IMG/VR virus record: IMGVR_UViG_3300017492_000028
Location: 1-64,000 of that record
From: a virus
Lineage: Duplodnaviria > Caudoviricetes
Strand: one strand, 5' to 3'
DNA length: 64,000 nucleotides
Below, in pieces: positions 9,854-19,857 of this stretch (the stretch's first letter is position 1; every line of letters starts with the position of its first letter). Below the pieces are notes generated by a model. That model had not been told where the DNA came from. It saw nothing but the letters and a program-made list of their open reading frames with translations, and did not search any database. A program made the position numbers and the translations under genes.

Positions 9854-12800
9854 TTATTTACATTTAATGCTTATATTTCCACTATCTATTAAATCTATCA
9901 TTTGCTCTTTAGATGAATTTGGAAGACTGTCAATATATGCTCCAATGCTAGGATGTTCACCTATTCTAGAACCTAATATATCATCATCATCATCACTGGC
10001 AAAAATATCATCTTCGTATTCAATGCCCTCTGTTTTTTCTGTTTGTGTTTCAGTTGTATCTTCTGTGTCAGTTGTGTCTTCTGTTTGTGAAAACAAATCA
10101 TTTGTTTTAATTAAATCTCCAAGAGCAATAAATTCTTTTTCTCTAAGACTATTCTTTTTAATATCCCAACCAAATACATCAGATATAATTTCAAGTATTT
10201 TTTGAAATAGTGTTTTGGACGTTGCTTTGTTATCTACAACTGCTGAAGTTTCATTAAGTAATTGAACAAGATTTGAATTAGTCAAACTTTCAACTAAAAA
10301 CTCCTCAATTCCGTATTTAGTAAATTCTTTAGCTATACTATTGCCTTTCCACTTACCACTATCAACTTCTTTTTTAAAGTCATCAAATACCTCATTTACT
10401 TTATTAAGTATTTTATCCTTTTTACCACTATCATGTAGAATCTTATGTAGTTGCTCATGAATAAGCTTGCGTACTGCTTCATTTCTTCTACGGGGGGTTA
10501 GACATAAGCCAATCCACTTATTACTTACATATATATTGCCTGTTTTCTCATCATAAGCAGCATACGCATCTTTAAGTTTTTTATCTATATTACCTATATT
10601 TTCTACAAATATAATATTTTTTGGTAACAATCCAAATCCCTGTATAGGCAATATTAAATTTTTAACTTTTTTAATCTCATCCTTGCCTAGAAGAATATTA
10701 GCAAGTGCTACACCTTTATCAGTATTATCACTTTGTAATATATTCCTAACATCAGATTCAATTTTATCAGATTCCAAATTGATTTCTGATTGGCTTTCTG
10801 TAGAATTTTCATTTTCACTTTCTTCAGCAAATTCTTCTTTAGGGGTTATTTTTACATAAAATGACTGATTAGCTATTTGTTCTTCATTGTCAAATGAATA
10901 AAAGTTAGTTTCGTCCCCATTATAATTTTTGCTCTTAGCAACATTTACTCTAATAAGATTATTATCTAGAATAAAACTTTTATAGGATATAATATTATGT
11001 ACATGAGGATTGGCTTTATCTTTTGAATTAGGTATTTCTATTCTAAAACTACCATCTGGATTAGCTTTAAAGAAACCATTAAGTTCTCTTTTTTTATTAC
11101 TTTCATAATCTAATGCTCCATAATTAAGCTCATAAGTAGAAACTGCAAATGCTTCTTTAAAAAACTCTTTCAGTTGTTTCTTTATGTCATCAGCTTGGTC
11201 TTTGCTAACTTTACTAAGATTAACAGCTCTATTGTCATTAGGAAGTTTTACAGCATAACTAGGAGCAATTCCTGTAGTTTTAAATATTCTAACATATTTT
11301 TTATTTGGAAGAGATATTAAAACGCCTATATCAACACCATTATTATTAGTAATGTGATGAATTAGTGGACCACCAAATATATGACGATTGTTATTCTTTA
11401 CTTTACCATTTCTCCAAAGATTGTCAATAAAATCTATTAAATTAGTTCCACTTCCGTCTTCTTGATTGAAATAATCATCAACCAAGTTTTGAAGTTCTTC
11501 AAATAATTCTTTAGATATTTGTTTAGCCTCTTTACCAACACAACTATCTTTAGTTAAAACAGAAAAAGCAGAAGTAAGTCGTGTTTCACCATTTCCATTA
11601 GTTAATGCAATCATTGTAGTACCAGGCTTTATCTGACTAGTATCTGATAAATAAAGTTTACTACCATTGCTTAGTTGCATAGAATATCTATCAATGTTAC
11701 CGTTTTCATCAACGCTCATTGGTTTATAAGCAATCTCAAATGACTGTTGATTGTCAATAGTAAGGGATTCAGCTATAGGAGTTGCTTTACTTCTTACTTC
11801 GGCAATATTTGTTCCATTATAACGAACATTCTCTCTTATTCTAGGACTATTAATTCTAGATATAGTAAAGTCAAAATGACTAACTGATTTGCCAACATTA
11901 TAAATGGTATTATAACTTGTTTTTAATTTATCAAACCAATTATCAAGACTATTACTTATAGCAAGATTAATTCTTTCACGAGAAACTGTTGCAGAAGTAC
12001 CAACATATCTCCATAATTTAACAACTGAATTAACAATAATACTTGGGTCTATACTGTCATCAATTAATTCATCACTTATAGCTTTTTTAATAGCATTGGT
12101 ATTCATGAAATGCTTTAAATCAGCTTTACTTATTTCTTTCTTATTACATAGTTCAAATATAAGCTGATTAATTTTTTTCGCATCATCTGTTTCTTCAGAA
12201 AGCCAACTATTGAATCTATCTTTAAGAGGTGATTCTCCAGTGTTGCAATTTATTTCATAATTCCAACCCTCATTTCTAACGAAATAAGTATCTGGTTTAC
12301 TTACTTTAGGAATAGACATATAAGCAATTACTTGCCCATTTACCTCAAGTGCAATTTGATTACCTATTTTTCGAGTAGATAATTTATCTCCAACTTTCAA
12401 ATGTTCAAGAACATTATAAAGATTATTAAGACGTTCTGTATCTAGACTTCTTTGAAATGCAGAAATTACAGTGTTAACACCAATTCGATGCTCTTCTATA
12501 AAACCAAGTTTATCTACATTAGCTGTAGGTATATCTTTTTTAGCTCTAGCAAGTATTGCATCTTGTGAATCAAATTTGTCCATAACTATATATTCATAAT
12601 TAGGATTTTTAGATTGTTCCTCAAGATACGACTTAATAACTGAATACATTGCATCAGCCGTAGTATCATTATTGCTTACTTCATTACACCACCTAAGCAA
12701 GTTTTCTAGACTAATAATCTTCTTTGTTATACCGTCAGAATTGGTAAACACATAAGAATTAGTAGCAGCAATATATTTAGTAAGCATATCACTAGCTGCA

Positions 12801-15800
12801 CTATTTAATAAATCCAAAGCAGCAGTAACATCCTCAGCATTAGTTGCTTCTTCTAACAACCTACTAGCCATAAGAACATCACCAACAGAAAATTTAGCTT
12901 TCAGAGCAGGTTCAAGACCTTTAATCAAAGCCTCTACTGCTTCTTGGTCTGGGTCATCTTTAAATTCTTCTTTTAAAGCGGTAATAACATCATCATAATT
13001 ACCTTGACCATTAAAATTCTTAATAATGGTAACTGCTCTGTTATTACGATTGACAATTTCATCTCCCTCTGACATACCCCCCGTAGAAGAATTGCTGGTT
13101 GTTCCATTACTAGGAGTTGGTGATGTTGGCTTATCATTTGCAACTTCAGTTTTCTTTTGATTCGCAAGTTGTTCTAAAGGAGTAGGAGCCGGAGTTGAAG
13201 TTTCTGTGGCAGGTATTTCTTCTACGGGGGTGCTATTATTAGCATTTACAATCTTACCTTTTTCCCAATTAATAGTTACATTACCAAATTTGTCAGTATA
13301 TGTTATTTGCTTTGGCTTAACTATAACTTTAAGTTGGGCATTATCATCTAGCAGATTAACATCTCTATCTAAATCAAATAATTCTGAATATTTGTATTCA
13401 TCCTCTGTAGCTTCATAGGTTCTAACATAAGTAGTACCATTTGAATCGGTATTACCATGCGCTTCAGAAAAATTACCTTTAAGTTCAACAGTAGAGCCGT
13501 CATCAAGCTTGAATAACAAGCCCTGTTTTGAGGATTGGTTATTTGTTGTGTCTTGTTTTTGCCTTGTTGCTTGCTCCGTGTTCGATTGTGGTACTGTCTG
13601 TGATGAATTGGTAGGCTGTGGGTTTTGAGTTGTTTGTGATGAATTTGAATTTGTGGAATTTAATTCTTTTTCATCTTCACTATCAACTCGTTCAGTAGTT
13701 TCTTCTGTAGCTTTAGCTTGTTTATTATTAGCCTTTTCTCTGGCAGCAAACATTACCTGAAGACTACGATATAAGGGTGTGTTAGCCTTGTTTGCAAAAT
13801 TAAATATTTCAATTGCTTCTTTAAACTGCTTACGTTCTTCTTCATTCATGTCTGAAGATGCAATATTGAAATCATTTTCATTACCGTCATATAATGCGGC
13901 AATAGAACCCTCAACTACATCTCTGCCATACTTATCAAACAGATTTTCAATAGTAACAGAAGCGTCTTTTAAAGCATTAATTCGTGCTTCATTTAATGTG
14001 TTATTTACTCGTGTAAGATAATTCTGTAATTGATCTTTAGTTTGAACAAGATTAGAAGCAAGAAGTTTATTTTGATATTGTAATTGAATGTAAGCTCTAT
14101 AATTATCGGCTGCATCCGGTGCTACTTGATTAATACCTTGCTTACCACGTATTGCTTCACGTGTTTCGGCTTGTATTTTCTTATATTCTTGCTGAAATGC
14201 AAGTCTATCTACGGTACTAGCAGAATTTATTGTAGATTTATAATCACTATCAAATAACTTATATAAACTTTTAAAATCTTGTTTTTCTGAAGCATCAGTA
14301 ATAGCTTTATCCATTTCAGTAACATCTTCTAATGCAGTTTCAGTTCCAAGTAACTTGAGATTATCACTCACGTTACTCATAGTATAAAGCATTTTAGATA
14401 TACTAAATTCTTCTTCAGAAGCAACTAAAGAACGCTTTACTGATTTGATTTGAGTATCAATATTTTGCAGTGCAATACGCTTAGCAAGAGTATCACCGTT
14501 TTTAATACTCTCACGCAGTTTTGCACGTTCTACATAAAGGTCTTGAAGTATGGCAGTATAAGTAGTTAGCTCAAGTGCACTTCGGTAATTAAGTTCAGGA
14601 TTTAATACAGGTGCGTCAGGATTAGATTTTCTGCCAATTTCATCTTCATAAGCACTAAGATACTTTTGAGCATTTTTATTATTTTCTTCTATCTGAAGTT
14701 CACGATAAACATTGTCTGTAGCAGCCATTTGAATTGCTTCAATAGCTATGTATTTACCTTTATCTTCGCTATCAATATTGGCAGCTTGTCTATCAAGATT
14801 AATTATATTTCTATTATATCTATCTTGTATATCTTTAATGTCTTTTTTCATCTGCATTTGCCATTCGTCAGCATCTTTTTGATTAATAATCCCTTTATCA
14901 ATCATAGCCTTTTTAACATTATCAGATTCAACAAAGCCATCAAGCAAATCCACAGTGCCGTCATTAATACTTCTAAGAACAATATCTGCTTTAGTTCTAT
15001 TTCGAATGTCATCTATTTGTTGCTCCTTTTCAAAATCACTAAATTTATCATTATCCTTTACTTGCTGAATTGCATCTTCAGCCATATTCATTTTAATTTG
15101 TGCATCCCAAATAGAAGCAACTTTACGTTTAACTTCTGGTAGTTGAGTTAAACCTTTCCAACTTGTTTCAGCTTTTTGCTCACCTGTTTTTTCATTATCT
15201 TTATTTTTATTTTCTTTTTCAGCTGCCGCATCCTCTAAAGTAAGTTGCACACGCTTAAATCCACTACCTACTTTTTGAAATACAACTCCACCCAATGCAC
15301 CCCAAAAAGCACTTTCCCATAATTGAGGCGCATTAAGATAACTTATCATACGAGTATCAAACGAAGAATAATCATCTTTACCAAGAAGCTGTTTGCCTAA
15401 GTGCATACCCTCTTCTTGGGCAACATAGTTAATTGCTTCCTCAGCACCTTCACTAAGCTGACTTCCAACAGTAAATGCTTCACCAGGAACAAAATCACTT
15501 ATAAAATCTGCTGTTTTTTGACCAAAACTACGGGCTTTTTCTAATTGCCTAACTTGTTCTGTAATAGTTTTCTCGTCAACACCTTTAAGCTGGTCAGCAT
15601 ATCTTGCTCTTTGACGAGCTGCTTTACGAATAGAATATGATGAGTTTTTACCCAGCATACCTTTGCCAAATGAATTTCTAAGTCCATATAATTCAACAAT
15701 ATCAAATCCTATGTTACTCATATCTATAGCAAAAGTCCTATCAGCTGCTTCTTTAGCAAGTCGTTTAGCTACAGCATCTTTATTTGACGTGTCTATACCT

Positions 15801-16690
15801 TGAAGTATATCTGCATTACGCTCTACTAAACGCGCGTATTCTTCATCAGACATTTGAGCTATTACATCTATATTATCATTATATTGGTCTTTCCAAACTT
15901 GACTTGATTCTTGATAATTTTCCATTATACGAGAACTAGCTGCGGTAAGACCATTTTCAATAAACCTGTTAACAGTATTAATTGTACCAGGTTTATTAAT
16001 TGCTATATCAATGCCTTTACCTATATTTCCTTGTTGAGCTAATGCCTTACCCATAGTTGATACGGCTTTGCGAGTATAACTATTAAGTTTAGTAGCTTTA
16101 CCTAGCCAACTAAGCCCTTTAACAAAACCTGTACTAGGAAGAAGAAGTGTAAGACTACTAGCAATACTAGGAATATTTTTAGCCCACCAACCAACATCAG
16201 TAAGACCACCATTAGATATATCTAAATCCGGGTCTGCATATATTGGAGCAATTTCATTATCAAACTTATCTTGTAATGACTGTATATATTGTGATACAGG
16301 ATTTGAATAATCATTATCATTTCTAAATGCAGCACCTGTAAGATAATCTGTCATATCTGATATACCTCTAAACGTTCCAAGTCCTACTTCAGATACAAGT
16401 GTTTGTGCTAAAGCATTTCCTATTTTAGCCCAATCAGATTGAGCATTAGATAATTCTTTAGCAGGATTAAGCCCAGGTCTAACAGTTATATTATATGGAT
16501 TATATTTTTCTGTATCACGAACAGTAAAATTATTATTGGCATTTCTATAAAACAAGTCAGCCACAGGATTATATTCTCTATCATCCTGTGTCTGAATGTA
16601 TGGTGCTTGTCTATTTCTTTTAGCTTTTGGATTGTATGCTGGATTAGGAATTAGATAGCTACCTCTATTGAACAGCTCTTCGACATTCAT
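9854..16690 (-). CDS. Large virion cargo/ejection protein (RNAP-cluster protein) with C-terminal zincin-like HExxH
   Basis: 2278 aa next to vRNAP; LIHEQLHKILH motif; N-terminal hydrophobic helices; Q/T/S/N-rich linker. Confidence 0.7.
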   Translation of the reverse strand: MNVEELFNRGSYLIPNPAYNPKAKRNRQAPYIQTQDDREYNPVADLFYRNANNNFTVRDTEKYNPYNITVRPGLNPAKELSNAQSDWAKIGNALAQTLVSEVGLGTFRGISDMTDYLTGAAFRNDNDYSNPVSQYIQSLQDKFDNEIAPIYADPDLDISNGGLTDVGWWAKNIPSIASSLTLLLPSTGFVKGLSWLGKATKLNSYTRKAVSTMGKALAQQGNIGKGIDIAINKPGTINTVNRFIENGLTAASSRIMENYQESSQVWKDQYNDNIDVIAQMSDEEYARLVERNADILQGIDTSNKDAVAKRLAKEAADRTFAIDMSNIGFDIVELYGLRNSFGKGMLGKNSSYSIRKAARQRARYADQLKGVDEKTITEQVRQLEKARSFGQKTADFISDFVPGEAFTVGSQLSEGAEEAINYVAQEEGMHLGKQLLGKDDYSSFDTRMISYLNAPQLWESAFWGALGGVVFQKVGSGFKRVQLTLEDAAAEKENKNKDNEKTGEQKAETSWKGLTQLPEVKRKVASIWDAQIKMNMAEDAIQQVKDNDKFSDFEKEQQIDDIRNRTKADIVLRSINDGTVDLLDGFVESDNVKKAMIDKGIINQKDADEWQMQMKKDIKDIQDRYNRNIINLDRQAANIDSEDKGKYIAIEAIQMAATDNVYRELQIEENNKNAQKYLSAYEDEIGRKSNPDAPVLNPELNYRSALELTTYTAILQDLYVERAKLRESIKNGDTLAKRIALQNIDTQIKSVKRSLVASEEEFSISKMLYTMSNVSDNLKLLGTETALEDVTEMDKAITDASEKQDFKSLYKLFDSDYKSTINSASTVDRLAFQQEYKKIQAETREAIRGKQGINQVAPDAADNYRAYIQLQYQNKLLASNLVQTKDQLQNYLTRVNNTLNEARINALKDASVTIENLFDKYGRDVVEGSIAALYDGNENDFNIASSDMNEEERKQFKEAIEIFNFANKANTPLYRSLQVMFAAREKANNKQAKATEETTERVDSEDEKELNSTNSNSSQTTQNPQPTNSSQTVPQSNTEQATRQKQDTTNNQSSKQGLLFKLDDGSTVELKGNFSEAHGNTDSNGTTYVRTYEATEDEYKYSELFDLDRDVNLLDDNAQLKVIVKPKQITYTDKFGNVTINWEKGKIVNANNSTPVEEIPATETSTPAPTPLEQLANQKKTEVANDKPTSPTPSNGTTSNSSTGGMSEGDEIVNRNNRAVTIIKNFNGQGNYDDVITALKEEFKDDPDQEAVEALIKGLEPALKAKFSVGDVLMASRLLEEATNAEDVTAALDLLNSAASDMLTKYIAATNSYVFTNSDGITKKIISLENLLRWCNEVSNNDTTADAMYSVIKSYLEEQSKNPNYEYIVMDKFDSQDAILARAKKDIPTANVDKLGFIEEHRIGVNTVISAFQRSLDTERLNNLYNVLEHLKVGDKLSTRKIGNQIALEVNGQVIAYMSIPKVSKPDTYFVRNEGWNYEINCNTGESPLKDRFNSWLSEETDDAKKINQLIFELCNKKEISKADLKHFMNTNAIKKAISDELIDDSIDPSIIVNSVVKLWRYVGTSATVSRERINLAISNSLDNWFDKLKTSYNTIYNVGKSVSHFDFTISRINSPRIRENVRYNGTNIAEVRSKATPIAESLTIDNQQSFEIAYKPMSVDENGNIDRYSMQLSNGSKLYLSDTSQIKPGTTMIALTNGNGETRLTSAFSVLTKDSCVGKEAKQISKELFEELQNLVDDYFNQEDGSGTNLIDFIDNLWRNGKVKNNNRHIFGGPLIHHITNNNGVDIGVLISLPNKKYVRIFKTTGIAPSYAVKLPNDNRAVNLSKVSKDQADDIKKQLKEFFKEAFAVSTYELNYGALDYESNKKRELNGFFKANPDGSFRIEIPNSKDKANPHVHNIISYKSFILDNNLIRVNVAKSKNYNGDETNFYSFDNEEQIANQSFYVKITPKEEFAEESENENSTESQSEINLESDKIESDVRNILQSDNTDKGVALANILLGKDEIKKVKNLILPIQGFGLLPKNIIFVENIGNIDKKLKDAYAAYDEKTGNIYVSNKWIGLCLTPRRRNEAVRKLIHEQLHKILHDSGKKDKILNKVNEVFDDFKKEVDSGKWKGNSIAKEFTKYGIEEFLVESLTNSNLVQLLNETSAVVDNKATSKTLFQKILEIISDVFGWDIKKNSLREKEFIALGDLIKTNDLFSQTEDTTDTEDTTETQTEKTEGIEYEDDIFASDDDDDILGSRIGEHPSIGAYIDSLPNSSKEQMIDLIDSGNISIKCK

Positions 16691-16693
16691 AAA

Positions 16694-18619
16694 TTATAAA
16701 TTTAATTGTTCTAGTATTCTTTGATATATTTCAAGTTTCTTATGTGTAAGCTCATCATAATCATTTCTTTCTTGATCGGTAGCATCAACTTTTTGCTTTT
16801 GTATTTCAGCTGCACGAAGTTTAGAATAAACAGAAGAATACTCTGGATATAATTCCATAACTGCTGCATCAGCTATATTTTCAATTTGAGCATTTATTTG
16901 TTCCATATTAACTTTACCACGAATACCGTCTGGACCAAATACTGATTTATTTGCTGCTTCAGCTGCATTTTGAATAATAAAATCTTCATTAAGAAGTTTA
17001 AGAGCTTCTTCTCTATTTGGAAGTGGAACAATTCTACCAGTTTTGTTATTCTGATAAGCAAGAGCTATATCACCATTTGGTAACTGTTGTGTAACGATTT
17101 TATTACCATTACTTAAATCATAATCATAATTATATGCCTCCATATTAGCAAGCTCTTTTTGTGCTTGGGTTTTTGTACTCATTTCAAAGGCTTGTTGAGC
17201 TTCATCAGTCCAAAGACTAGGTATAAACAACATTACTGCATCTTCTTTTCCGTCACTAATATGCTTACCATTCATACCTGTACGCTGGTCTTTATAAATC
17301 TTAATATAAGCACCACTTTTATCTCCAGACATACCAAGAAAACAATCAATGTTTTTTCCAAATGTTGACATATCATCTGTTTCACGTAATACAGAATCTT
17401 TTAAACGATTCAGCTCATGAAGTTTATCAGCATCTGTAATACGAGTTAATACTTGTTTGCCTGTATCATCATATTCAGCAGCCCATATTTCTTGGTTCTC
17501 AAGATTAATTCCACGTAATGCGCGTTTACGCATAGATGTATCTTTTTCAACACCTGTATCATCGCCTCGTAAATAACATTGCGCAGCATAAGCACTTGCA
17601 AACGGAATAAATGTACCACCAACAGTTATTTGAGTATCGTCATTAGGCGTTGTATATTTATTATAAACTTTTTTAGCTTCATCTACCGTTTTATAGGCAT
17701 TAAGAAATTCATCTTTTGTTCTGTCAGGAGTCATATACTGACTAAATGTTACAGTAGAAGTCATCATTTCACCTTTACTTACACGATTATCGTTTTCGTC
17801 TGTGCCATATAAGTTATAATGAACTCCTCTATCTTCAGCTTTCTTTAATGCTTGATAAACTTTATATACATTAGGGTTAGTTTTATCAAAATAAAGTTTA
17901 GTTTCACCATCAACTTTCTCAATTTTTACACCCATTTTTTGAAGTTCTTTCCAGCCATAGCCTGTAACAGTTTTAAATTGGTTATAATTAGATAAAGATT
18001 TAGTTTTATCATTTTGACCTGTAATATTATTCCAAATGCCTTCAGCTATACCTTTAATTGCTCCTACTGCTCCACCAATAACTCCGCCAATAAGTGCTCC
18101 AGTACCTGTGCCTAATGCTGTACCAGCAGGTCCAACAGCTGTACCTACTGCACCTCCACCTATTGCTCCTATACCAGAACCAGCAGCAGCTCCCCAGCCT
18201 ATATTATCCTTAATTCCTTGACCAATATTTGAAAGTTGTTCACCAAGACTTAACCCGTCAAAAGTAACAACAAATCCTGTAGCATCTTTACCTCCAGCTT
18301 TATTTATATTGTTAACAAACTGCTGTGTATAAATATTATTATTTGCATTTGGCAATAAAGGATTTGAATCAGTCATAGCACTGTAAAATGCAATAGCCTG
18401 CCGTTCATTAACATTAGCTCTAGACATTATCGCATCCCATTTACGCCCTGTAGATTGAAGTTCTTTAATCTTATTATTTAAGGCAGCTTGTGTATAATAG
18501 TCATCTGCATAAAAACCTTTTAAAGTATTGGCTAAACCAAAATAATCATGATTTTGTTTATATGTATTAAACATATAAAAATCATTATTATTAAGTGTAT
18601 TTATATTTCTTAAATCCAT
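16694..18619 (-). CDS. Putative ejected cargo protein with glycine-zipper membrane segment
   Basis: 641 aa; GWGAAAGSGIGAIGGGAVGTAVGPAGTALGTGTGALIGGVIGGAVGAIKG; position in cargo cluster. Confidence 0.55.
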   Translation of the reverse strand: MDLRNINTLNNNDFYMFNTYKQNHDYFGLANTLKGFYADDYYTQAALNNKIKELQSTGRKWDAIMSRANVNERQAIAFYSAMTDSNPLLPNANNNIYTQQFVNNINKAGGKDATGFVVTFDGLSLGEQLSNIGQGIKDNIGWGAAAGSGIGAIGGGAVGTAVGPAGTALGTGTGALIGGVIGGAVGAIKGIAEGIWNNITGQNDKTKSLSNYNQFKTVTGYGWKELQKMGVKIEKVDGETKLYFDKTNPNVYKVYQALKKAEDRGVHYNLYGTDENDNRVSKGEMMTSTVTFSQYMTPDRTKDEFLNAYKTVDEAKKVYNKYTTPNDDTQITVGGTFIPFASAYAAQCYLRGDDTGVEKDTSMRKRALRGINLENQEIWAAEYDDTGKQVLTRITDADKLHELNRLKDSVLRETDDMSTFGKNIDCFLGMSGDKSGAYIKIYKDQRTGMNGKHISDGKEDAVMLFIPSLWTDEAQQAFEMSTKTQAQKELANMEAYNYDYDLSNGNKIVTQQLPNGDIALAYQNNKTGRIVPLPNREEALKLLNEDFIIQNAAEAANKSVFGPDGIRGKVNMEQINAQIENIADAAVMELYPEYSSVYSKLRAAEIQKQKVDATDQERNDYDELTHKKLEIYQRILEQLNL

Positions 18620-18641
18620 AGTATCTTATTTTAAATGATTA

Positions 18642-19841
18642 TTACCTATATAACACACGATTAATATTTAGCAAATTATTACTACCACTAATCAAAGGTC
18701 TCATATTAAAGGATTGTTCATAGTCTGTACTACCTAAATTTGCAAATCGAGCAGGCATTGTAGCACTTGTTATTTGACGACCATTAATTCCCTGTAATGC
18801 CATACCAAGTGCACCGCTAACATTATTATATCCTCCATAATTATCAGGAGCATCACTTGTTATAGTATGAGTATTAGTGCTATCTTGTCTATAAGTATAA
18901 GCAAAATTATTTATAACTGTTTCATATCTATTATAAAAAGAATCAAATGCTCCTTTAGAAACAATACCGTTTCTATCACTAATAGCCTGTTTATATCTGT
19001 TTGCCTTTATTTGCAAATCTTCTCTATCACTATCACTCAAACCAGGATTATTCAGTTTTGCCTCAACATTATTATAAAGAGTTTTATACTTTTTATAAGT
19101 CCATTCTACCCAATTAGCAAGTTCGGGATTTTGCTCAACATAATTTTTAAGTTGTTCCTTAATTCGTTCCTTACTAAGTTCTTGAATATTATGTGTGTAT
19201 GTTCCACCTTTGTCACTACTTGAACCATCACTCTTTGTATGTGCAGTTCTACTACCAGTAGTTTTATCATTTTTATATGGGGCAATTAATGAAATAGCTT
19301 TATGTATTTCGTCTATTTCATTAATTGCTTTTGGAATATAATCAGCTTCCCATTTACTTCCACCAATTATAATACCTTGTGAATCAGTTTTATCTTGATA
19401 CTTATAAGGATTTAATAAATTCCATGCTTCAATATCTTCAGAATTTAAATCATTTCTGGATTTAAGTTCTTTAAGTTGTTGTTCTCTATCAGCATGTGCT
19501 TTTGCTCTGCCAAGTAATTCTGGAGAACTAACTGCTGTACCAGCAAGCATTGTTGCTGTAGTTAAAGCTGTACTATAATCCCCGTATTTAGCTTGTTCAT
19601 TTATTTGGTCTCTAATATTTTGAGCATAATTGGCTTTCCATTCATCCTCACTGCTATCAAGTTCAATTTGACTAAGTGCAAGGTCTATTGCACTCATTTT
19701 TTCAACAGCTTTTTGATGACGTTCATCTATTTTATTAATAGAATTAGCCCATTGGTCAAGATACCAATTATGTTTAAGTGGTCCAGCAACATCCCCACCA
19801 AAACCAATATCTATACTGTTTGCATTATATTGTTGTGCCAT
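18642..19841 (-). CDS. Conserved crAss-like cargo-cluster protein
   Basis: 399 aa, helical; synteny between cargo protein 1 and the RNAP cluster. Confidence 0.55.
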   Translation of the reverse strand: MAQQYNANSIDIGFGGDVAGPLKHNWYLDQWANSINKIDERHQKAVEKMSAIDLALSQIELDSSEDEWKANYAQNIRDQINEQAKYGDYSTALTTATMLAGTAVSSPELLGRAKAHADREQQLKELKSRNDLNSEDIEAWNLLNPYKYQDKTDSQGIIIGGSKWEADYIPKAINEIDEIHKAISLIAPYKNDKTTGSRTAHTKSDGSSSDKGGTYTHNIQELSKERIKEQLKNYVEQNPELANWVEWTYKKYKTLYNNVEAKLNNPGLSDSDREDLQIKANRYKQAISDRNGIVSKGAFDSFYNRYETVINNFAYTYRQDSTNTHTITSDAPDNYGGYNNVSGALGMALQGINGRQITSATMPARFANLGSTDYEQSFNMRPLISGSNNLLNINRVLYR

Positions 19842-19857
19842 ATTTATAATATGTTAT

